Shown here one piece after another: positions 57,882-64,000 of a stretch of DNA of 64,000 nt. Below the pieces are notes generated by a model. It was not told where the DNA came from and ran no database searches. It worked only from the letters and a program-made list of their open reading frames with translations. Location of the stretch: NCBI GenBank assembly GCA_947085035.1, contig CAMTUW010000005.1:22057-86056 (forward strand), read 5' to 3'. This DNA is from an uncultured Actinomycetes bacterium. GTDB taxonomy: Bacteria > Actinomycetota > Coriobacteriia > Anaerosomatales > PHET01. Made by a program: the position numbers and the translations under genes. Numbering within the stretch: the stretch's first letter is position 1; each line of letters opens with the position of its first letter.

Positions 57882-58760
57882 ATGAAAGCCATCATCCCGG
57901 CAGCAGGCCTGGGTACGCGATTCCTGCCCGCTACGAAGTCACAGCCAAAAGAGATGCTGCCGGTCGTTGACAAGCCGGTCATCCAGTACGTGGTCGAGGA
58001 GGCCGTCGCCGCCGGGGCAAGCGACATCCTCATGATCACCGGGCGCGGCAAGCGTGCCATCGAGGACCACTTCGACCGCTCGATCGAACTCGAGGAGCTG
58101 CTCGAGTCGACCGGTAACGCCGCCCGCCTGCGTCAGGTGCGAGCGATCTCTGACTTGGCCGAGGTGTTCTACGTCCGACAGAAGAAGCCGCGCGGCCTGG
58201 GTCATGCGGTGCTCTGCGGCAAGCCGTTCACCAGTGACGAGCCGTTCTACGTGCTTCTGGGCGACATGCTCGTGCCGAAGAAGTGCGTCTTGCCGCGGCT
58301 GCGCGAGGTCCACGACCGCACCGGCGCGAGCGTCATCGCCGTCATGCCGGTACCGGACGACATGGTGAGCCGCTACGGCGTCATCGAGGGTCACGAGGTC
58401 GAAGACGGCGCCTGGCGCGTGACCGGTCTTGTCGAAAAGCCCCCGGCGAACGAGGCCCCGAGCAACCTCGCGATCTTCGGTCGCTACCTGCTGACGCCCG
58501 CGATCATGGAGATCCTTCCGGACATCAGGCCCGGTCGTGGCGAGGAGATCCAGCTCACTGACGCGCTGGTCAAGCTGCTCGAGACCGAGGAGATCTACGC
58601 GGTCGTCGTGGACCCCTCTGAAGGCTACGACACCGGCAACGTGCTCTCGTGGCTGGGGGCCAACGTCGCGCTCGCGCTCGAGACCGACCAGTACGGCTCC
58701 GACCTGCGCGTCGGGCTCGAGCGGTTGCTGGGCGTAGATACGGCCGGGTCACTAGAGTGA
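57882..58760 (+). CDS. galU: UTP-glucose-1-phosphate uridylyltransferase
   Basis: PAAGLGTRFLPATK..PKEMLP, GLGHAV, VEKP, EIQLTDA. Confidence 0.95.
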   Translation: MKAIIPAAGLGTRFLPATKSQPKEMLPVVDKPVIQYVVEEAVAAGASDILMITGRGKRAIEDHFDRSIELEELLESTGNAARLRQVRAISDLAEVFYVRQKKPRGLGHAVLCGKPFTSDEPFYVLLGDMLVPKKCVLPRLREVHDRTGASVIAVMPVPDDMVSRYGVIEGHEVEDGAWRVTGLVEKPPANEAPSNLAIFGRYLLTPAIMEILPDIRPGRGEEIQLTDALVKLLETEEIYAVVVDPSEGYDTGNVLSWLGANVALALETDQYGSDLRVGLERLLGVDTAGSLE

Positions 58761-60223
58761 GCGCACCGGATCCACACGTCTACGCGGTGATACTGGCCGG
58801 CGGTAGCGGTCAGCGCTTCTGGCCGCTGTCGCGCGAGCTCAACCCCAAGCAGCTGCTCTCGATGTTCGGGACCGAGTCGCTCATCGCACAGGCCGTCCAT
58901 CGGATCCTGCCATTCACCAGGGGCGGCTCGTCCATCGCGATCGCGACCAACGAACGCCTCTTCGACGAGCTCAGGAATCACCTCAAGGCGCACGCGGATA
59001 CCGCGTTGCATTCGGTGCGCTACATCCAAGAGCCGCTGCCCAAGAACACGGCTCCAGCGATCGCTTTGGCCGCCGCCACGTTCTTCGCCGAGGACCCTGA
59101 CGCTGTCATGGTCGTCTTGCCTAGCGATCATCTGCTCGAAGACGGTCAGATGTGGGAGGACTGCGTGACCGCGGCGATCTCTGCGGCGCGCGACGGTTAC
59201 CTGGTCACGATCGGCATCGCGCCCACACGTCCCGAGACGGGATACGGCTACATCCGCGCGGGCGAGCCGCTGTCTGCCCATGAGACGGGTGCGGCCCTTC
59301 CGCACATCGCCGCCGAGTTCATCGAGAAGCCCGACCCGGCCCGTGCGCAGAAGCTGGTCGACTCAGGTCACTACTACTGGAACGCCGGCATCTTCGTCAT
59401 GAAGGCCGCGCGCGTGCTCGAGGAGCTCGATGCCGCGGACGCCGAAGGGGCGCGGATGGCTGATGCCGCGCGGTGGATAGCAGCGCAGGCGCCCGAGGAT
59501 CGCAACGGCGAGGAGGCGCGTGAGCGCTTCTCGGCGCTTCCGGGTGTCTCGATCGACAAGGCGGTGATGGAGCGAAGCGAGCGCGTGGCGGTCATTCCCG
59601 CAGTGCTCGCCTGGAACGACGTGGGCTCGTTGCTCGCGCTTGAAGAGGTGGCCGAGCCGGATGCGTCGGGTAACGTTCGCGTGGGCCGCGGGGTCGACAT
59701 CGACAGCACGAACACGGTCGTCTACTCGAGCGATCGGCTGGTCGCGACGCTGGGGCTGAGCGACATGGTGGTGGTGGACACCGCCGATGCGACCCTGGTG
59801 CTACCGAAGGACCGGGCGCAAGACGTGCGTCACGTGTTCGACGCGCTCAAGGCGCTGGATGCCCCAGAGGTCACGAAGCCGAAGGTCAGCCTCAGGCCAT
59901 GGGGCAGCTGGATGAGTCTGCTTGAGAGTCCCGAGTATCAGATCAAGCTCATCGAGGTGAAGCCCGGGGCTCGGATCAGCCTGCAGAAGCACCGTCATCG
60001 TTCCGAGCACTGGATCGTGGTGAGCGGCTCGGCCGTGATCACCCGCGATGACGAGAACATGGAAGTGCATCAGAATGAGGGGATCTTCCTGCCCGTGGGC
60101 TGCGTGCACCGCATGGAGAACGTGGGTAAGGTGCCGCTCGTGGTCATAGAGGTGCAGGTGGGCGAGTACCTGGGCGAGGACGATATCGTCAGGCTGCAGG
60201 ATGACTGGCAGAGGGAAGGGTAG
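58757..60223 (+). CDS. manC: Mannose-1-phosphate guanylyltransferase / mannose-6-phosphate isomerase
   Basis: ILAGGSGQRFWPLSR, PETGYGYI, WNAGIF, RPWG, SLQKHRHRSEHW, LGEDDIVR. Confidence 0.93.
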   Translation: MSAPDPHVYAVILAGGSGQRFWPLSRELNPKQLLSMFGTESLIAQAVHRILPFTRGGSSIAIATNERLFDELRNHLKAHADTALHSVRYIQEPLPKNTAPAIALAAATFFAEDPDAVMVVLPSDHLLEDGQMWEDCVTAAISAARDGYLVTIGIAPTRPETGYGYIRAGEPLSAHETGAALPHIAAEFIEKPDPARAQKLVDSGHYYWNAGIFVMKAARVLEELDAADAEGARMADAARWIAAQAPEDRNGEEARERFSALPGVSIDKAVMERSERVAVIPAVLAWNDVGSLLALEEVAEPDASGNVRVGRGVDIDSTNTVVYSSDRLVATLGLSDMVVVDTADATLVLPKDRAQDVRHVFDALKALDAPEVTKPKVSLRPWGSWMSLLESPEYQIKLIEVKPGARISLQKHRHRSEHWIVVSGSAVITRDDENMEVHQNEGIFLPVGCVHRMENVGKVPLVVIEVQVGEYLGEDDIVRLQDDWQREG

Positions 60224-60229
60224 GGGCGC

Positions 60230-60397
60230 ATGAAGGTCGTCATTCTCGCCGGAGGGCTGGGCACGCGTCTGGCCGAGGAAACCGTGCTGCGTCCCAAACC
60301 CATGACGGAGATAGGCGAGAAGCCGGTTCTCTGGCACATCATGAAGACCTACAGCCACTACGGATTCAACGACTTCGTGATCTGTGCGGGCTGGTGA
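60230..60397 (+). pseudogene. rfbF: Truncated glucose-1-phosphate cytidylyltransferase (55 codons then stop)
   Basis: MKVVILAGGLGTRLAEET..HYGFNDFVICAGW-stop; paralogue of the gene at 63337. Confidence 0.85.
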
Positions 60398-60454
60398 TGT
60401 GTGACGCGGGGGTGCTGCTCGCCGATAGCTTCGCGAGAGCCGGGTTACCTGCCC

Positions 60455-60641
60455 GTACCCCTACTGGACCTGAAGGCCCAGTACATCGATCTCGAAGATG
60501 GCCGCGCTCGCAGAGGCGGGCGTCGGTACCGCGAAGTACCACCCCCTTGCACTGCACGAGCAGCCCGCGATGTCGAAGGTGGTCGGCTGGGTGAAGCCGT
60601 CGCTTCCCGTTGCCGAGTCGTGGGCTTCCCTGGTGTGGTAG
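60455..60641 (+). pseudogene. Internally deleted DegT/DnrJ/EryC1/StrS aminotransferase remnant
   Basis: N-terminal VPLLDLKAQY next to C-terminal LAEAGVGTAKYHPLALHEQPA..SLPVAE in another frame. Confidence 0.7.
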
Positions 60642-60654
60642 GATTCCTACCACA
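60634..60654. repeat. Perfect 10-bp inverted repeat upstream of fic
   Basis: TGTGGTAGGA-T-TCCTACCACA. Confidence 0.75.
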
Positions 60655-60675
60655 AGCATTCGATAAAGTGTTTTA

Positions 60676-61944
60676 GTGATTAATCGCCAAGCGCCCGAGG
60701 CTGCCGTGTACACCTATCGCATCACCCCAGAGATCAGCGCCCAGGTCGAGCGCATCGAGCAGCTGCGGACCCAGATCGACCGACAGGGGCCAATTCCGCG
60801 CATCTGGGCGGGTAGAACGCGCAGCGATCTGGAGGCGGAAGCGACGGCCGCCTCGGTGCGGCTGGAAGGCATCAATGTCACCGCCGATGAAGCGCGGCGC
60901 ATCCTGGTGGGGGATCGTCCCCTTGCAGTGAGCGAAGAAGACGCGGCCGAAGTGCTCGGTTACCGAGACGCGATGACGCTCGTGCTTAGCCGTGCCGACG
61001 ATCCCGGCTTCCTCTGGCAGCGAGAGCTGCTCCTGGCGATTCATCGCAGCGTGCTGGGAGCGTCGTTCGCTGCCGAGGCGGGCCGCATCAGGCGCATCCA
61101 GGACTGGCTCACTGATCGGCAGACCGGGAGGCAGGTGTACCTGCCTCCGCCCGCCGACGAAGTGCCCGAACTCGTGGACGAACTGTGTGCATGGCTCACG
61201 TCGATGCCGGATGCCCCGGCGCCTATCCTCAGCGCGCTCGCCCATATCCGGCTCGCGGGAATCCATCCCTTCCGAGACGGCAACGGACGAGCGGCACGTA
61301 TCGTCGCCTCGCTCACGATGTTTCGTGGCGGATTCCGGGCTCCGCAGTTCACGAGCCTCGAGGAATGGTGGGGGCGCCACCCCTCGGACTACTATGCGGC
61401 GTTCGAGTGCTTGGGAGATGCGTTCGAGGAAGCCCGAGACGTGACACCGTTCGTGGCCGCCCATGTGGGGGCGCAAGCCACTCAGGCGGAGGCGCTTTCT
61501 CTTCGCAACTCGATCGAGCGAGCTCTCTGGGTCGTGCTCGAAGACCTCGTGGTGCGCGATCTGCACCTGCATGAGCGCGCGACTCATGCGCTCTACGACG
61601 CGATTTTCGGTCGACAGCTCACGAATCGCTACTACCGAGGAATCGCCGACGTATCCGATGTCACTGCGATGCAGGATCTGCGACGCCTTGTTGCTGCTGG
61701 GCTGATCGAGCCTCGCGGCGGCGGCCGGACCTCGCGCTATATCGGCACCGACCGTCTGATCGAGACGGTTGCGCGCGAGGCGGGGCTGGACGTCAACCGA
61801 CTGCCAGCGACGGGCTACTGCGACCGTAGCAACGCGCTCATCGCGGCGCTGGCCGACCTGCTTCAAGGCGGCCAGGTGCGCGAGGACTCGGTGCCCTACT
61901 GTACGCGGAGTGGCCGGGACTGGCCGCGGCAAGGCGCAAGGTGA
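60676..61944 (+). CDS. Fic family protein with C-terminal wHTH
   Basis: HPFRDGNGRAAR catalytic motif, SVRLEG inhibitory motif, TNRYYRGIADVSDVTAMQDLRRLV HTH. Confidence 0.9.
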   Translation: MINRQAPEAAVYTYRITPEISAQVERIEQLRTQIDRQGPIPRIWAGRTRSDLEAEATAASVRLEGINVTADEARRILVGDRPLAVSEEDAAEVLGYRDAMTLVLSRADDPGFLWQRELLLAIHRSVLGASFAAEAGRIRRIQDWLTDRQTGRQVYLPPPADEVPELVDELCAWLTSMPDAPAPILSALAHIRLAGIHPFRDGNGRAARIVASLTMFRGGFRAPQFTSLEEWWGRHPSDYYAAFECLGDAFEEARDVTPFVAAHVGAQATQAEALSLRNSIERALWVVLEDLVVRDLHLHERATHALYDAIFGRQLTNRYYRGIADVSDVTAMQDLRRLVAAGLIEPRGGGRTSRYIGTDRLIETVAREAGLDVNRLPATGYCDRSNALIAALADLLQGGQVREDSVPYCTRSGRDWPRQGAR

Positions 61945-62010
61945 GCCGCGAATGATTACCTTGTTCGAGAAATAAGCGAAATCACGCAGCAAGACGGGTA
62001 TAATCACATC

Positions 62011-62457
62011 ATGAACGCGTCCGCCAAGATACCCACCCCCCATGCTCTCATGACGCCTGCTGAAGCTGCGAAGGCGCTGCGCGTCACGCCACGGACCGTG
62101 TACCTGTGGATCCGGTCCGGCAAGCTTCGAGCAATCCATGTGTCCCAGCGAGTCACGCGCATCCCGGCAGCGGAGATCGAGCGGATGCTCGGTGTCCGTA
62201 GCAGCAGCGCATACCACCCGGACCTCTCGAGCATCCTGTGGGACCTCGACCCAGCGGCGATCGACTTCGACGTGCACGCGCGGCTCATCATCGAGCGCAT
62301 CCTCGAGGCCGGCCGTCCCGCCCAGGTCCGTTGGATGTTCCAGCAATACACCCTCGAACATATCCTGAATGTCGCCGAGCGCTCTCGCAGCCTGAGCCAC
62401 CGCGCTGCCGTGGCGTGGTCGACACTGATCCGAGACAGGCTCGATCGTGCCGCATGA
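62011..62457 (+). CDS. Excisionase-like HTH plus DUF6922-like putative antitoxin
   Basis: LMTPAEAAKALRVTPRTVYLWIRSGKL; ILWDLD..LIIERILE.G; TATAAT 6 nt before ATG. Confidence 0.8.
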   Translation: MNASAKIPTPHALMTPAEAAKALRVTPRTVYLWIRSGKLRAIHVSQRVTRIPAAEIERMLGVRSSSAYHPDLSSILWDLDPAAIDFDVHARLIIERILEAGRPAQVRWMFQQYTLEHILNVAERSRSLSHRAAVAWSTLIRDRLDRAA

Positions 62458-63118
62458 TCCTTCGCCCATCCACGAGGAGGTGCTCGATACCGCTGCCCTT
62501 GAGGTGTTCGCCCGCATGGGCGAGCAGCCCGAGCTGGCCTCGTGCTACTTGGCTGGCGGGACCGCTGTCGCGCTGCAGCTGGGTCACCGACGGTCCATTG
62601 ATCTCGATCTGTTCACGGAGCGGCCCTGGTCTTTCGACCGTGTCCAGCCCGCGCTTTGGGCGTCAGGCGAGCTTGTCGTGGACCGGGCCGAACCCGGGAC
62701 CTTCGTGGGATCCGTCGGTGGCGTGAGGGTGAGCCTGTTTCAGTACGCTGCCCCCTTGCTTGAAGAGCCGCTGTCCACGCGGTTCGGGATTCCGCTAGCA
62801 TCGCTTATCGATCTGGCATGCATGAAGCTCATCGCCATCTCCCAGCGAGGCAGCAAGAAGGACTTCGTGGACCTTTACTACTTGGGCGAAGCCGGCATCG
62901 CTGTGCGAGACATCGTGAAGGTGTTGGCGCGCAAGTATCCGGGCACTCAGTACAATCGCATTCACCTGCTGCGTTCGCTCGCCTTCTTCGAAGATGCCGA
63001 GGAGGAAGCAGATCCCGTGATGCTGGTTCCGTACTCGTGGGATCGCGTGCGCCGGTACGTCTTGTCGCAGTCGCAGGGACTGCTCGATGAGGTCGCGTTC
63101 GATTCCGAAACCACGTAG
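62447..63118 (+). CDS. AbiEii-family nucleotidyltransferase
   Basis: YLAGGTAVALQLGHRRSIDLDLF, MKLIAISQRGSKKDFVDLY. Confidence 0.88.
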   Translation: MPHDPSPIHEEVLDTAALEVFARMGEQPELASCYLAGGTAVALQLGHRRSIDLDLFTERPWSFDRVQPALWASGELVVDRAEPGTFVGSVGGVRVSLFQYAAPLLEEPLSTRFGIPLASLIDLACMKLIAISQRGSKKDFVDLYYLGEAGIAVRDIVKVLARKYPGTQYNRIHLLRSLAFFEDAEEEADPVMLVPYSWDRVRRYVLSQSQGLLDEVAFDSETT

Positions 63119-63336
63119 CGACAGTCTTCACCGCCGCACCGCCGTACTATGTCAATCCGCCCCCAGCCGCTAAGATAACTCGAGCGTTGACGTCACGCCC
63201 CTCCCGCCGGGTCGCTCAAGCGAGCGCCCGCCCGTCTACGGCGATGGTCATGCTGCCGAGAAGTGCGTTGCGGCACTGGAGTTGATGGCTGTGGGGATTG
63301 CGGAGCGAACAACCGAAGACAACAAGGAGGGGTGAG

Positions 63337-64000
63337 ATGAAGGTCGTCATTCTTGCCGGGGGCCTCGGAACTCGCATATCTGAGGAAACCGTGACTCGAC
63401 CGAAACCGATGGCAGAGATTGGCGACAAGCCCATTCTTTGGCACATCATGAAGACGTACAGTCACTACGGTTTCAACGATTTTGTGATCTGTGCAGGATA
63501 CAAGGGCTATCAGATCAAGGAGTATTTTCACAACTACTGGCTACACAATGCCGATGTGACGTTTGATATGCGATCTCACGCGTGTGAGGTCCATGAGGAT
63601 GCGAATGAGCCGTGGCGCGTGACTGTCGTAGACACCGGAGCCGACACCATGACTGGTGGGCGAGTGAAGCGCATTGAACCCTATGTCCAGGGTGAGACCT
63701 TCATGCTCACCTACGGTGATGGTGTAGCCGATGTGAACATCCCAGCCCTGCTGGACTTTCACCGTCGCTCGGGTCGAATTGCCACGATTACGGCCGTGCA
63801 ACCATCCGGTCGTTTTGGCGTCCTCGAGCTCGGCGAGGGCGACAGCGTCGATAGTTTCCGCGAGAAACCTCACGGAGACGGCGATTGGATCAACGGCGGC
63901 TACTTTGTCATGGGACCCGAGGTCTTCAGTCGCATTGCGGGAGACGATACGTTCCTCGAGCGCGAGCCGCTTGAGTCGCTGGCTGACGATCGGCAGCTCG
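63337..64000 (+). CDS. rfbF: Glucose-1-phosphate cytidylyltransferase (3'-truncated by window edge)
   Basis: MKVVILAGGLGTRISEET, GYKG, TMTGGR, LTYGDG, WINGG; AAGGAGG RBS; absent from the ORF track. Confidence 0.93.
   Translation, partial: MKVVILAGGLGTRISEETVTRPKPMAEIGDKPILWHIMKTYSHYGFNDFVICAGYKGYQIKEYFHNYWLHNADVTFDMRSHACEVHEDANEPWRVTVVDTGADTMTGGRVKRIEPYVQGETFMLTYGDGVADVNIPALLDFHRRSGRIATITAVQPSGRFGVLELGEGDSVDSFREKPHGDGDWINGGYFVMGPEVFSRIAGDDTFLEREPLESLADDRQL

Noticed and set aside
62011-62200. Excisionase indicating a prophage or ICE
   Set aside because: The HTH is fused to an antitoxin-like domain; no integrase, phage or conjugation genes nearby.
1-64000. CRISPR array, rRNA, IS transposase, reverse transcriptase
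   Set aside because: No regularly spaced repeats, rRNA signatures or DDE/RT motifs found by eye.

Overview
High-GC bacterial chromosome segment, most consistent with an anaerobic actinobacterium of the Coriobacteriia type (inferred from gene content and order only). It is largely a cofactor-biosynthesis region: branched-chain amino-acid ABC transporter (partial), futalosine menaquinone genes (mqnE, mqnA, mqnC plus an MTAP-like phosphorylase and a deaminase), an osmoprotectant ABC transporter, tilS-hpt-ftsH-folE-folP-folK-panBC-nadABC-dedA-birA-bioY-coaX, a System I* cytochrome c maturation operon, siroheme-route heme genes (hemACD, hemB, ahbD, hemL, sirC-like), tRNA-Ala(CGC), and the start of a polysaccharide locus (galU, manC, rfbF). 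Three accessory spots (about 8.3-9.6 kb, 41-49 kb and 60.2-63.3 kb) hold toxin-antitoxin/Fic genes, unknown proteins and collapsed gene remnants. The most interesting signal is a set of related, structured 5' leaders in front of the ccm, hemA and ahbD genes, a candidate undescribed heme-linked regulatory RNA or operator. No CRISPR array, rRNA, integrase or transposase was seen. All calls come from reading the sequence by eye; no database search or folding program was run.
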